Assembly: GCA_030141605.1 (NCBI GenBank)
Contig: JAQGDQ010000019.1
Span: forward strand, 868,001 to 932,000
Length of the DNA stretch: 64,000 nt
Direction of reading: 5' to 3'
Source of the DNA: Tubiluchus corallicola
Lineage: Eukaryota > Animalia > Priapulida
Position 1 is the stretch's first letter. Every line of letters begins with the position of its first letter. This document shows, piece after piece, positions 50,951 to 63,117 of this stretch. The translations under genes were made by a program, and so were the position numbers. A model generated the notes under the pieces. It had not been told where the DNA came from. It saw nothing but the letters and a program-made list of their open reading frames with translations, and did no database searches.

Positions 50951-51334
50951 GTACGGTCTGTTTTCCGTGAATGCTGTTTGCAACAGTTTTATTTATATTA
51001 CATTTTTTAATTTCAGCCTAAAGCGGTCTTTGGTTATTGACAGAGATACTTTCAGTTTTAGCTATTTTCTGATTACGTATCAAATTTTGATCACGCTTAA
51101 CCTGTCTAATTTCAAGATGGTATAAACTACGTGTGTTCCGGTGTATTTCTGCAATGGCACCATGTCTCGGTCTATTATTATCAGTACTATTATTATCTAT
51201 TAATATTCAGTACTACATGTGAAAACAAACTGAAATGCAGTAGGTCCTATTATTGACGGTATCGTAATGGGCAGTAATGTTAAATCTCTTTGGCATGGGG
51301 GGGGGTATTGTTTCCGCGAAGAGCTTTCAGTATT

Positions 51335-51830
51335 TGTGTATGACCACTATAATGATAATGATTCATTATCAAGTACTCTCATGTGATCTTCAGTAAAGAT
51401 GCCATTAAGTAGTCAAGTTACTTTTATTAATTTCTTGCTGCCTGGGTTTAAGACACAAATGAGTGTTCTGCCAGGAACAGCACTTTTGGACATTCGCCAT
51501 ATTCCATAATATAGAATATGATATTGGGAGTATTACCATTTAAGGTATTTGGTAGTAGGACCACTATCATCTAAGTGCTTTTTGAGTGTCTAAGTATGAG
51601 GTCACGTATAAGGTCATTCACTGGGTGTCAGAATCATTATTTGAAGTGCATCACCGTCTAACGTATTCACCTGACGATCGAAGTGCGACTATGTAAAGTA
51701 CTAATCGAGTATGACCATAATTATTTTTTGCCCTTTCAAGGGTCTTGCTGAGTGATCACTATCATCTAACGTCTTAACGAGTGTAAGCACGTGAACTATA
51801 ATTATCTAGAAATGCTTATAAAATGAACGA
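51335..51830. repeat. Degenerate minisatellite (about 30-bp motif gagtatgaccactatcatctaagt)
   Basis: Variants of the motif recur near 51340, 51555, 51710, 51750 and 51790. Confidence 0.45.
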
Positions 51831-52491
51831 TAATTAACTTGTTTTTTTAAGAAACTTATAACATTTGAGATGAATTTTAACAGATAATAAAATCATTAGT
51901 ATGCTAATTTTTATTTAGTCGCCACATTTGCAAGCTGAAATCCAACATTATTGGCTAATTGCTGTGGTGAGACCAGAAATCAGCTAATTACCGGAAATGA
52001 TCATTTAAGGTGAGACACAGTAAATCAAAAGAGGTATTTTGCCCCACTCGAACGTGTGATGTCCTCTGTCAACGAGAAAAATAACCGTAGACATTATGGT
52101 AGATAAAACTGTCCGGAATCAATTTTCCCAAATCATCATCCACTTACTAACTAACCAGATCGACGCTGCATACACTGTTGCCATTCTTTTGCTATTCCCC
52201 ACAACAGGTGGGTGATTTAACAAATGAATGAGTACGTGCGTACACGGTACAAGCTTAAAAATTTCTTTTTAATCGGTCAGCTCTTTTTGATTGTACTAAT
52301 ATGGTATTTGCTTATGTTATCAGAGTCCATTTTCTCTAAAAGAATGTGGCAAGGTTGTCATATTCTGCGCATTTACGCTTGCGTAGTTTCTCCTTATAAA
52401 ATTTGCAAGTATTTGCCTTGTGTGTGATATTGACTATAATGGCACTTTAAATTATTGTAAACTTGACCGTGACTGCCCACACCCATTTTGC

Positions 52492-53837
52492 AGATAATCC
52501 CCCGTTTCGTCAGTTATCTTTTCGCCGTCTACCTTTTCGCCAGTCTACGTTTTAGCCAGTCTACGTTTTCGCCAGTCTACGTTTTCGCCAGTCTGCTTTT
52601 TCGCCAGTCTAATTTTTCGTCAGTCCACTTTTCGCCAGTCTACGGTTTAGCCAGTCTACTTTTTCGCCAGTCTAATTTTTCGTCAGTCCACTTTTCGTCA
52701 GTCTACGGTTTAGCCAGTCTACTTTTTCGCCAGTCTACTTTTCGTCAGTCTAATTCTTCGTCAGTCCACTTTTCGTCAGTCTACGGTTTAACCAGTCTAC
52801 TTTTTCCCCAGTCTACCATTTCGCCAGTCTACTTTTTCGTCAGTCTACGTTTTAGCCAGTCTACGTTTTCGCCAGTCTACCTTTTTGCCAGTCTGCTTTT
52901 TCGCCAGTCTAATTTTTCGTTAGTCCACTTTTCGCCAGTCTACGGTTTAGCCAGTCTACTTTTTCGCCAGTCTACTTTTCGTCAGTCTATCTTTTCGCTA
53001 GTCGCCATTGCCAAATGGGTATCGGCATAATTGATATATGCTTGTAATTTGCAAATCGAATGCAAATCGGTAAAGTATATTTTGGGGTTGTCTTGACGAA
53101 CATTAGTATTTTGAGAACACTCACAAAACACATGATTCTCACTTTGTATTGCACTATTTCTATTATCAACTGGCTAAAAAGACAAAATGGCGAAGTGTTC
53201 TACAATTTAAAAACTTGCTGCGCTATCTAGCCTACTATTTATCGCCATTTTTTTGGCTAAGCGAAACAATTTTAGCTTAGTTTACCTGATACTACGTTTT
53301 ATGGCCAATCGAATGATGTATTATACACCCTTGTACAACTTATCCTTTTTGCACAGCGTTTAAAGGAAACCAGTTCGATACCTCTTATATGTATGGTACC
53401 GACATGGGTCCAGAAAAACGGCCGTAGCGTGGCAGGCCTGTGGAGGTGCCGGCTGTGTGCACAGTTGGATAGGGAATTGCCAGGATAATCACCACTGGGT
53501 AGGATAATTGTCAGGATAATCACCAATAAACGAAACGCTTCGTTTCACTGCGAATCCAATGATATATGGCACGCCTCTGTAGAGCTTAAATCCTCCGTTC
53601 ACAAAGCGTTTAAATGAAACCATGTCGATACCTAATAGTTAATGGTGACTTATAGGTCAGTTAAGTTTTCGGTGTTAGTCGCGATAAACAGGCGAAAAGA
53701 TACACTGACGAAAAGGTAGACTGGCGAAAAGATGCACTGGCAAAAGGATTGACTGGCAAAAATATAGACTTTCGAAAAAGTAGACTGGCGAAAAGGTAGA
53801 CTGGCGAATTGTAGACTGGCGAAACGGCATACAATCC
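52492..53837. mobile_element. Non-autonomous foldback-type DNA element with inverted arrays of a 15-16 bp unit (ttttcgccagtctac)
   Basis: About 30 tandem units at 52503-53000, reverse-complement units (gtagactggcgaaaa) at 53690-53828, and matching ends ccgtttcg / cgaaacgg. Confidence 0.75.
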
Positions 53838-56800
53838 ATTTGACAGGTGTTGCACCAATGCTGTAGCGGCAGCAGTTTATTACGGCTCTCTTGGAAGTCT
53901 TGATATCACTAAACACAGAAGAATCCAGCGTTCATTCCAATAAGCCGTTTTCACGAAAACACGCGTTTTGTTCAGCGCTTTAATGCTCCATAACCTTAGC
54001 TCTTAAATCAATAACTGTACGTGTACATATTGCCCAGATTTCAGCGTAGACAAACTTCGATGAACTACTCTTTGATTATAATGGATTCATCGGACGAAGA
54101 GTCTTGGTGTATCTGCTCATTGAGAAACTGTACAAATATTGTGATACCTGAGATTAGACGGTAGCTGCTGCTTGATAATTACAGCTAAATTTATATTTTT
54201 GCTCATTATTCATGACTTAACCTGCAGAGTTCACGGAAGTTTAAATGGCTATCGCTCTAGATTTAGAAACGTCGATACCTTGCTAAGTCCTGCCAAGGTG
54301 CTAAATTTACGAGTTAATCATTGCTGCATTAAACAAAAAATACATATTTTGTTGTGTAGATTAAAATGTAACATAGCTGGATTGCGTTTGACGTACTCAA
54401 GGGCCTTGCTTTTTAGGTCTTAGATTTTTGTTACGTTACCTTTCACTTGGAATCTGTCGCGTGTATAATTTCGCAAAAAGGTGGCGACGCTGCAATACAC
54501 CGTTAGCATCGCTGTCAGCAAACCACTAATTTTTAATAATAATTTGAACAAAAACGTCGATGGCAATGCTGTCGTTGCCAGTATAACTGCGAATCGTGAA
54601 CAAATGAAGAGAGGAAGGAGCGATTACACGAATTAATAAATGTTGTAAACAAACAGTTGTAGGATTGTCGAACTAAATATTAAACTATAACATTGTAGAC
54701 ATTTTAGCCGAATAATAAAACTTGATACGAGACACTGCATAGACTGGAAATCGTAGGTGCAACAAGGAATTCGGCCATTATTTCCAAGATCCTGTTTCGC
54801 ATTTCTCTACTAAATATCTTCCTTTGACGATTGCTGTAGTTTCCTAGTTAAGGTTCTCAGAGCCCAGGTCAATGTTTTCCTTGTCTAGTTTCCTCAATTC
54901 CTCCCCGATTTTGAAATGTCGTCTAGTAACGTTGTCGGCATTGTATTTTTTCATTGTAGTCCCTAAGCTTGCTGTTCTACAAGTTGCGATAACTAAATAC
55001 GTGACTAAATTGAGGTTGACGAGAGTGAAAGTCCGGATACCTCTTTTGTGTATATATTTGCCAAGAGCATTTTCAAGGGCAAACGCACGTGCTGCGTCGC
55101 TCAGTATTTGTAGTACGTAAAGATTCTACGGGCATATAAAGATTCCATGGCCTGCATGATAACCATGTTTGATAATTACAGTAATCACTATCAGTATTAT
55201 TTTATATCCCTGCAAAGCCGCACAATACATAACTTGTTAGTAGCCTTTATTATAAACTGTACCAAAAAAACTCGGACAATGACGAAACTTTAACGAGTCT
55301 TGGAACGCTTTTAAATTTAAAATTCGTCAAAGTTCGGATGTTTATCGTGAGAGAAATAGTTAGATGCAATATGGCAACCAGAATCGGCACTGCTTAACTA
55401 TGAGCACACAACAGCAGTTACTGTCCTCACCCCATACAATAAAACATAATATTATAAAGTATATAAGATACCAGTAAAGGTTAAGTCACTAAATTTTCAA
55501 ATAAATGCTTTTGCATGGAAACAGCATTTTCTGTATGGAAAGGCTAGGTCTGTATAATAATGTTTTGCAAACAATTGCGCGATAAAATCTCAACAACCTC
55601 ATTGCGAAGTGTACTGAGCTGTGAAATTTCCAATTCACTACATTTCCCGAACATTAACAAGCACTTTGACGTTAACTCGGGGAGGCAGGTAAGAGAACTC
55701 TCCGTGATTTATGGCATAAAACTAAAAGGCTTCTCTAACCTCGACGGAAATACTTCGAATCCATTTACGACGCTGCCGCGAGGTGGCTCTGCCATTGTTG
55801 TATGTCGAGACGTGCTCTAATGGCAATTAATAGTTTAAGAAGTCATAAATTATCCAACTTATTGCAGTGGGGTGTATGCAATCTTCACTATATGGAAATA
55901 GATATATAAAATTAATTTCTTACAAATATTGGTACATAGTAGTAAGTTTCACATTACTGCTACCTGGTAGTAGGCAAAAGATCTAACTAAAACAGAGGTG
56001 CCCTGAGTCCCAGACTCCCAGGCTATATAAATACTTCTTTTGTAATTTCCAGTTTTCTCAAATTTTCCAATATTTCAGTTTTCATCTACTAGTTTTGTCA
56101 GCGTAATTTTCAGTGATGATTGTTAAAAAACAAAATTTTTCTAATTGCAATCAAACGAAGAAAAAACATTTATTTCATCGAACTTGTATTCGATTAATAT
56201 ATCGAATCTTCATCATGGTTCTTCTGGTTCGCATTCACTCGCAATTGAACATCAGTTTGATTTACATCTAAATGTGGAAGTGAATCATTGAAACTGATCT
56301 TGCTTGCTTACTTTCATCGTGTCACCTCTAAGCGCATCACAATTTGTTTTTACTCAGAAACGAAAAATTTGGAATTTGTGAAGATGTGAAGATGAAAAAA
56401 ATCATATTAAATGTACGTTACAATTTTAAAACTTATCTGTTTCAATTCCATTGTTATGATTAATTCTACGTACAGTGTATTCGCTTACTGCATTATTATT
56501 CTGTAATGTATGCAGGTATGTTGCCATATTTTAGATTGAACTTGGGAACAGAAATAGCAGAACATATTGACAATTGTGAAAACAGTAGAATTTCTGTGCT
56601 GTGATATTGAGATGAACCAGGTTAGATTATTCTTGCATTATTACACATCTAACAGCAAACATATCACAATCAGCCGCTGGATAAATATTTGATGGGCAAA
56701 CCAACGTAACTGGCTTTTGATGCTTTGAATTTGTGAGTGTCTGCGAGACTGTCAGGCTGACTGTCACAACAGCCGACGACAGAACGGTTACGTAATAAGA

Positions 56801-57516
56801 AACCGTTTCTTATACGTTTTTTAATCACGAGAAAGCAATTTTCATTGTACAGTGGATGTATGATATGACATAGACTTACGTGCTATTATTGTGAATGACA
56901 TTGTCCAGTTGCACAAGTACCAGTAGTTAGCTGCATTTCATACTCTCTAGGGATACCATGGGCATTTATCTCATTATCAGTTGTAACACAGCTGCCTATA
57001 GTTAGAAGTCAGCATCAGTTGCTGCTTGAGCACTAGCTGTACCCGAGCCGAAGTTAATATACAACAGTCGAACACACGAACTTGTCCAAAATATGACTCG
57101 TTTTAATATTTTTGACGTAATGCTATACTAAGTTAAAGAGTACGTAACCATTGTATTCAAACACATTGTAGACCTACGCATGACATGGATAAACTATATG
57201 AGTGTCAGTTAAAATTAACTTGAAATGCAGTGAGGGAACACCGTACCGTCTTCAAAACAGAGTAAGGAAACGCGCTTTTACTTAAGAAATGCTCGTATTC
57301 CCTCACGGCATCGCACCACTGGTAACAAATAACATCAATTCAGCTATTTATTACATTATTATTGGTTAAAATTTTTGTTGTTAGGTTATGCGTTTTGTGG
57401 TGTTACAGTATGCATTAAACTTCGGATTACTAGAATATGCGTTTTGCGGGTTTTACATTATGCGTTGGTTTTTTATTACATTATCAGCTAATTTTATTTT
57501 AATTTCATTACATTAT

Positions 57517-57850
57517 TAAATAACTATGGAAGTTTTTGCTGAATCGATCAAAGTGGTTTATTTACGATATTGCAGTAATGATCAGGCTGAAATAACAACA
57601 ACAAAATAATTACATATAATACTGCCATACCGCATAGAGCGTAAGTACAAATATAAATGTATCGAATTATACTAATTTAATAATTGTTCCTTTAATCACA
57701 AAAGTATAACTGCAAATAATATACCGTTCTAAATGTTAAACATCTGCTTAACGCTGCATGGAGTTCTTATAGTTAAACGTGCTAAAAATTGCCTCCTGGC
57801 AAACAGCAATACGGGTGCTCTTCATATGCTGAAATCTTCGAGATCCTCTA
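57517..57850 (-). repeat. 3' LTR (334 bp)
   Basis: Copy of 62784-63117, immediately preceded in element orientation by the polypurine tract. Confidence 0.96.
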
Positions 57851-59748
57851 TCCCCCCCTAAGTCTTGGACGGAGGTAGCATACGTCGAAGACTGATAACT
57901 GACCAAATTACCAGACATATCAAAGTCTTTGTGCCACTCAGGAGTTGTCCTCTGCCGAGTTGAACGACGTAGTGGTATGACTGGGTTGGGTGGAGCTGAT
58001 GCAGTCGAAGGGGAGTCAATGGACATATCAACTGGTTTGGAATTGTCTGGTATGGTAGTTAGTGGCATATGTGAGGGTGTGCTGAGGTTAGGGAGAGGGT
58101 CCTCTGGTCCAACAGGTTTATCTGTTTGTTTGAAATCCATGTGTTTGGGTGACTGTAACATTGAATTATTAGGGCGTTGGTATGTTTTAGGTGGCAAAGT
58201 GGCTGATGTTGCAGGTTTCTCAGCTGGTAAGCATCTGTCATTGTAAGCAAGGTCAGTATCAATAGAGATACTGGGGCGTGGTGGATGAATTGGTTCATAT
58301 TTCCGAAGAAACCGTCTATTCCGAAGTGTTACTCGGCCCGAGCCATCCACCTTGATGACATATTGGTCATACTGACGGACTTCAATGACTATACCAGACT
58401 TGTCCCATTTGGTAGGATGATCACCAGTCTGGTTTTGTAAATGTACCTTGTCACCAACAACTAGTGGGGGTAGGCGTTTTGTGTGTTCAGTCCACCGTTC
58501 AGATGCTTTCATGTGTCTGTTACGCAAGGCTTCTTCTCGGGCTAGTAGTGATTCCTGCCAAGTGTTATGAGGTTGGTAGCGACCGGGTATTATAGGGATG
58601 AAATCTCGTATAGGGCGGCCAAACAGACACTGGGCAGGTGAGAGCTTGGTATCTCTGTCTGGGCAGTTTCTGTACTGCAGGATTGCTCGTTGAAACAAGT
58701 CTGTATCAAGGTCTCCCTGGGGGCCAGTATTATTCATAATCATGCGCTTAACGGTCTTAACACCTAATTCGGCTCTGCAATTGCTGTGAGGAAAGGCAAC
58801 TGAAGAGAGACGATGATGGACACCCCAGTCTGAAAAAAACTGGCGTGTTTGGAATGAAATAAATTCTGGGCCACCATCTGAGGCCAGTTCTTCAGCAATG
58901 CCGTAAGTGACAAAAACTCGGCGGAGGCAGGCAATGAGACCAGTGGCCCCAATTGGAGAACGTTCGACAATGGGCCAGTTGGAATAACGGTCAACAACAA
59001 CGAGGTAGTAGACGCCCTTGTAATGAAAGAAGTCAGCGCAGATGCACTGAAATGGGTATACTGGCATAACTGGAGGAACGGGCGGTGCTGCAGGTTGTGA
59101 AGGTGCAATACGGTTGCATTCTTGGCAACGACTTCGAAGTGCCGATATGGCTGTCGTTATGCCTGGCCAGAATACTGATGATTCTGCGCGAGAAATCATG
59201 GATGAGACCCCTTGGTGTGCTGCATGGAGTGATGAAAGCACAGTGTCACGTAGGCATGGGGGAATAACAATGCGCTCTTTATAAAGAATAACACCATCGA
59301 TGGTATGGAGGTGTTCCCTGAACTGGTAATACTCACGTATTGGAGCTGGGAACTCTTGACGTGCCTCTGGCATGTTAGTTTCTATGATGTCTCTTAATAA
59401 GTTCATGGTGGTGTCACTTGTTGTAGCAACTCGGACCATATCCCATGTCACTGATTTGAAGTTTGCAAGCTTTGTGGCAGCTGAACATATTAAGGATGTC
59501 TCAAAGGAATCTGAAGGCGTTTCCTGACAACGAATACCTTCCAAAAAGAAAGTAGGTAGGTTTGGCAAGGTAATATTAGTGTCCTGTCCAATTGTGGCAA
59601 TGTCGTCAGGCAGAGGCATATCACCAGCATGGCCAGGGCAAGACGGGTGTCGAGAGATGCCATCTGCAGCTCGATGTTTTGCTCCAGGGACATGTATGAC
59701 CTGGAATTTGAAACGGAGCGTCTTTTCCTTCAGATTCCTAAGGCGAGG
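57748..59748 (-). CDS. RNase H C-terminus plus integrase part of the polyprotein (continuation frame; includes ORF 57748-59619)
   Basis: The frame reads [34 protein letters not shown], then HHCC (LHAAHQG..CQEC), the D-D35-E triad (CADFF, SDGGPEF, RAELGVK) and an RRSTR tail; no chromodomain seen. Confidence 0.92.
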   Translation of the reverse strand, partial: PRLRNLKEKTLRFKFQVIHVPGAKHRAADGISRHPSCPGHAGDMPLPDDIATIGQDTNITLPNLPTFFLEGIRCQETPSDSFETSLICSAATKLANFKSVTWDMVRVATTSDTTMNLLRDIIETNMPEARQEFPAPIREYYQFREHLHTIDGVILYKERIVIPPCLRDTVLSSLHAAHQGVSSMISRAESSVFWPGITTAISALRSRCQECNRIAPSQPAAPPVPPVMPVYPFQCICADFFHYKGVYYLVVVDRYSNWPIVERSPIGATGLIACLRRVFVTYGIAEELASDGGPEFISFQTRQFFSDWGVHHRLSSVAFPHSNCRAELGVKTVKRMIMNNTGPQGDLDTDLFQRAILQYRNCPDRDTKLSPAQCLFGRPIRDFIPIIPGRYQPHNTWQESLLAREEALRNRHMKASERWTEHTKRLPPLVVGDKVHLQNQTGDHPTKWDKSGIVIEVRQYDQYVIKVDGSGRVTLRNRRFLRKYEPIHPPRPSISIDTDLAYNDRCLPAEKPATSATLPPKTYQRPNNSMLQSPKHMDFKQTDKPVGPEDPLPNLSTPSHMPLTTIPDNSKPVDMSIDSPSTASAPPNPVIPLRRSTRQRTTPEWHKDFDMSGNLVSYQSSTYATSVQDLGGDRGSRRFQHMKSTRIAVCQEAIFSTFNYKNSMQR
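57851..57859 (-). promoter_or_regulatory. Polypurine tract AGGGGGGGA abutting the 3' LTR
   Basis: + strand tccccccct directly adjacent to the LTR boundary. Confidence 0.85.
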
Positions 59749-62700
59749 TTGGGCATGTCATCAAGGGATCTGTTGCTGAAGATCTTGAGCAATGGTTTGT
59801 GGTCCACTGCAATAGTCAGGTTTGTACAACCCAGGACGAAGTACCTAGCTTTTTGAAGGGCATCTGCCACTGCTAGGGCTTCACCTTCGACTGGGGCATA
59901 TCGCGATTCTGCTGGTGTGGTGAATCGGCTACCCACAAGAGCGATTTTCCACCCAGTACGGCAACAAAAAGGAGTTGATTTGGGGCATTTGCAGTGTTTT
60001 TGCAGCAGCCAAAAGCCAATGCCTGATTTTGACCAATCAGTGGCCAAGCATGTCGGCCGTGTTTTATCGAAAATTCGAACACCGTCTTCTATTTCCTGAA
60101 CAATGAGTGCCTTGGATTCATTAAATATCTCATCTAGTTGTGCATTCCATGTGAATGGAGTCCCGGGTTTCAGGAGTGCACGGAAGGGAAGCATTCGGTC
60201 AGCCATACTGAAAGCATAACTAACTTGGTTTATTACGCCGAACCAGGATCGAACATCGGTGATGTTTTTTGGAGTGGGAAATTCTAGTATAGCTTGGAGA
60301 TATCGCCGACAAGGGCGGACACTATTGGGTGTAATTTCGAATCCTGCAAATTCGACTGTGTCTTCAGCAAAGATAAACTTGTCAGGATTAAGAGTGATGC
60401 CATGACGGCCACATATGTCAAGCCATTCTATTGCCTGGAAAAAGCTTTCTTTGATTGTAGGTGACCAGAGGAGTGTGTCATCAATACATTTTGTGTGATG
60501 GGGTACGTGTGACACGATCTCGTCATAGCGTCTTGAGTAACCATCACCCGAAGCAATGTAACCCTGAGGGGCTGTTTTGTAGCGATATCGGCCCCACGGA
60601 GTGATAAATGTAGTAAGATGGCGGTCCTCTGCACGGATTGGGACACTGTGGTAGCCATTCCAGGCATCAAGTACTGTTTTCTTCATGTTTGGGGGTACAG
60701 ATCTTGCCTGCAGAAATGGTGACTGGGTGTGGTGGGTTTCTCTTGTGGCATGAGCATTTAGGGCTTGAAAGTCAACGGTTCTGCGGGGTTGGCCGTTTTT
60801 CTTGGGGCATACAATCATTCGATGGCACCAAGTGACAGGTTCGCCAATGGGGACAGGTTCCAAGACTCCTAGGTGGACGTCACGATCTATATCTGCTTTG
60901 ACTTGTTTCTGCCAATGCAAGGCGACTGGGATGGGGTTGTGATGTGCCACGGGGGTGGCATCAGAATTCACCATGAGTTTCAAAGGGGGCCCTTCCATAA
61001 GTGGGAGAGGTTGGTGCTCACATATGTTGAATGTGCTTGCCTTGTAAGTGTCGAGGAGGTACTGTCTCAGTTTTGGCAAATTTTCTTGCGTTGGTGAAAA
61101 TGGCAGTTGGGAGGGTGGTGTAGGTGGCAGCTGTCGTCGTGGACAGTGGCACTCAGATGTCAAACCACTACTGTTTTGTTGGGGTTTTGATATGTCATGT
61201 GTCTCAGATGAAGTGCTGTTTGATGATGATATCTCTAGTGTGTTGCACACCTCACCAATCGTTGGAAAGCTTTCTGTGATCATTCCGAGTGCAATACAAG
61301 CTTCGCGGCTAATGTACAATTTGTTTGAAGTATCGGTGACATATACGATCTGCCTGGTTTCCAGTTGTTTGCCAGTCGTAGATGTACCAGTGAATCTTAG
61401 GATAGCAGCACCAAGGATGTTGACTCCACGATCATTAGCAGCTTGCATGCGCATGGTGACAGGTATAAGATGTTGCTCTGATATGCCTATGCGAGTGAGC
61501 ATTTTAAGGCTGCACAAGCAACTCTGGCATCCGGTGTCTGCAATTGCTGAAATTATACAAGAATTTGGTTGTCTGCCACAGCGAAAGCCAAGGGCTGTGT
61601 AGTCGCTTGGGTTTATTGACATGCGCAGTGTAACAAATGGTTGAGGCTTCGATGGTTGGCGTAGCCAACTATTACACATCTGGTCATATAGGTGATGACT
61701 AAGGGGAACTGTATGACGTCTATTTTTGTCATGTACGTGTGATGTAAATGAACACAATGTATCGAACACAGCTCCCTGTTCACCCAGTGAGGTGGATTGT
61801 TCACGACCTCTGTCACGGTCTGGAGCAGCATGTTTTGGCTTATTTCTAGATCTACATACCGGAGCAAAATGGTTTCTGCGACTGCAATATGTACAGGTTT
61901 TGCCGAAAGCTGGACATTTGTCCTGTCGTAATTTAAAATCAGAACCACTTCCATGACCGTGTCTTCCGCAGTGGCTGCATGGTTCGGATGTTTTATCTTT
62001 GGCTAGATTGCTTGTTGTTCGTCTGTATGAGCTACGCACTGCTTCAGCATTGTGGGTATCGAAGAGTTTTGAAGCAGATCGTTTTCCAGATTCTCTGCTT
62101 TCAATTAGCATTAATAATTCTTCGATATCCATGACTTGATTTTTGTCGCCGAGAATGTCCAGTTGGATTTCTGGATCTGCAATGCCGCGTGTGATACAGT
62201 CACGAATTATTTCGTTGGTATAGCTGACACTGGTGTCGCACTCGGGACATGTCACTTCATAATTGCAGATGCCGGCTTGTCCTCGTAGACGGGCGCAGAA
62301 TGCACGGATAGGTTCTTCACGGTCTTGTCGCATATCATGCAATGCTACACGAGCCACCATGGTGTTCTCAACGCGAACAGCGAGCTTTTTGATAGCATTA
62401 AGAACTACATCTTCTGCTTTGCCACTGAGACTGCCACCAGCAGAACGAGTGAGATCTTTGCGTAACGCTTCATCGCAACATTCTAATAATTGAATTACTC
62501 TGTCTTTACCAGTGATACCAGTGGCATCTACATATTCTTGCCAACGTGTGGTAAAATATGCCCATTCTTCGCTGGTACCGGCGGCAGATACAGTAGGCCT
62601 TTTCACTTTTTCAATTTTCGCAGTTGGAGCAGAATGTGCGGGTGGTGCCGCCTCTGTGTTCGTGGCGTGACTACCACGATGTATTTGCAGGAGTTCGAGA

Positions 62701-62768
62701 ACGATAGCCTCCGACAAGTCCTCTGTTGCATAATTGCAGCCAGTAATTGGGCACTGAACAATTGGCAT
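59730..62768 (-). CDS. Gag-protease-RT-RNase H part of the retrotransposon polyprotein (ends after a 1-bp frameshift near 59747)
   Basis: [10 protein letters not shown] and [14 protein letters not shown] knuckles, protease ADTG, RT LDAWNGY and CIDD, RNase H TDWS, EGEALAV and DHKPL. Confidence 0.93.
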   Translation of the reverse strand: MPIVQCPITGCNYATEDLSEAIVLELLQIHRGSHATNTEAAPPAHSAPTAKIEKVKRPTVSAAGTSEEWAYFTTRWQEYVDATGITGKDRVIQLLECCDEALRKDLTRSAGGSLSGKAEDVVLNAIKKLAVRVENTMVARVALHDMRQDREEPIRAFCARLRGQAGICNYEVTCPECDTSVSYTNEIIRDCITRGIADPEIQLDILGDKNQVMDIEELLMLIESRESGKRSASKLFDTHNAEAVRSSYRRTTSNLAKDKTSEPCSHCGRHGHGSGSDFKLRQDKCPAFGKTCTYCSRRNHFAPVCRSRNKPKHAAPDRDRGREQSTSLGEQGAVFDTLCSFTSHVHDKNRRHTVPLSHHLYDQMCNSWLRQPSKPQPFVTLRMSINPSDYTALGFRCGRQPNSCIISAIADTGCQSCLCSLKMLTRIGISEQHLIPVTMRMQAANDRGVNILGAAILRFTGTSTTGKQLETRQIVYVTDTSNKLYISREACIALGMITESFPTIGEVCNTLEISSSNSTSSETHDISKPQQNSSGLTSECHCPRRQLPPTPPSQLPFSPTQENLPKLRQYLLDTYKASTFNICEHQPLPLMEGPPLKLMVNSDATPVAHHNPIPVALHWQKQVKADIDRDVHLGVLEPVPIGEPVTWCHRMIVCPKKNGQPRRTVDFQALNAHATRETHHTQSPFLQARSVPPNMKKTVLDAWNGYHSVPIRAEDRHLTTFITPWGRYRYKTAPQGYIASGDGYSRRYDEIVSHVPHHTKCIDDTLLWSPTIKESFFQAIEWLDICGRHGITLNPDKFIFAEDTVEFAGFEITPNSVRPCRRYLQAILEFPTPKNITDVRSWFGVINQVSYAFSMADRMLPFRALLKPGTPFTWNAQLDEIFNESKALIVQEIEDGVRIFDKTRPTCLATDWSKSGIGFWLLQKHCKCPKSTPFCCRTGWKIALVGSRFTTPAESRYAPVEGEALAVADALQKARYFVLGCTNLTIAVDHKPLLKIFSNRSLDDMPNLALGI

Positions 62769-62770
62769 TC

Positions 62771-62783
62771 TTCCGCCTGATCA
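62771..62783 (-). promoter_or_regulatory. Primer-binding-site position TGATCAGGCGGAA (non-canonical, complementary to LTR 62846-62858)
   Basis: Abuts the 5' LTR, lacks the TGG complementary to tRNA CCA, and is 12/13 complementary to the LTR-internal TTCAGCCTGATCA. Confidence 0.65.
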
Positions 62784-63117
62784 TAAATAACTATGGAAGT
62801 TTTTGCTGAATCGATCAAAGTGGTTTATTTACGATATTGCAGCAATGATCAGGCTGAAATAACAACAACAAAATAATTACATATAATACTGCCATACCGC
62901 ATAGAGCGTAAGTACAAATATAAATGTATCGAATTATACTAATTTAATAATTGTTCCTTTAATCACAAAAGTATAACTGCAAATAATATACCGTTCTAAA
63001 TGTTAAACATCTGCTTAACGCTGCATGGAGTTCTTATAGTTAAACGTGCTAAAAATTGCCTCCTGGCAAACAGCAATACGGGTGCTCTTCATATGCTGAA
63101 ATCTTCGAGATCCTCTA
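62784..63117 (-). repeat. 5' LTR (334 bp, TAGAG...ATTTA in element orientation)
   Basis: Identical to 57517-57850 except 62843 C vs 57576 T; AATAAA on the minus strand at 62824-62829. Confidence 0.96.

Larger units (their letters stand above)
57517..63117 (-). mobile_element. Full-length Ty3/Gypsy LTR retrotransposon (Mag-like), 5601 bp, recent insertion
   Basis: Two 334-bp LTRs, 5-bp TSD ATTAT (57512-57516 and 63118-63122), domain order Gag-PR-RT-RH-IN, paired Gag Cys-His knuckles typical of Mag-type elements. Confidence 0.96.

Noticed and set aside
52488-53030. 180-aa repetitive ORF, or a CRISPR-like array
   Set aside because: Contiguous 15-16 bp tandem units with no unique spacers, no cas genes and a eukaryotic context
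54722-54750. LIRDT-like reading as PLC-beta exon 3
   Set aside because: In-frame stop follows almost immediately and there are no compatible splice sites
59730-59760. Programmed ribosomal frameshift
   Set aside because: Lies inside RNase H, has no slippery heptamer, and a single-base restoration gives the conserved NPRL motif
57929-62780. Many short + strand and alternate-frame ORFs over the retrotransposon
   Set aside because: Shadows of the gag-pol frame with no independent motifs
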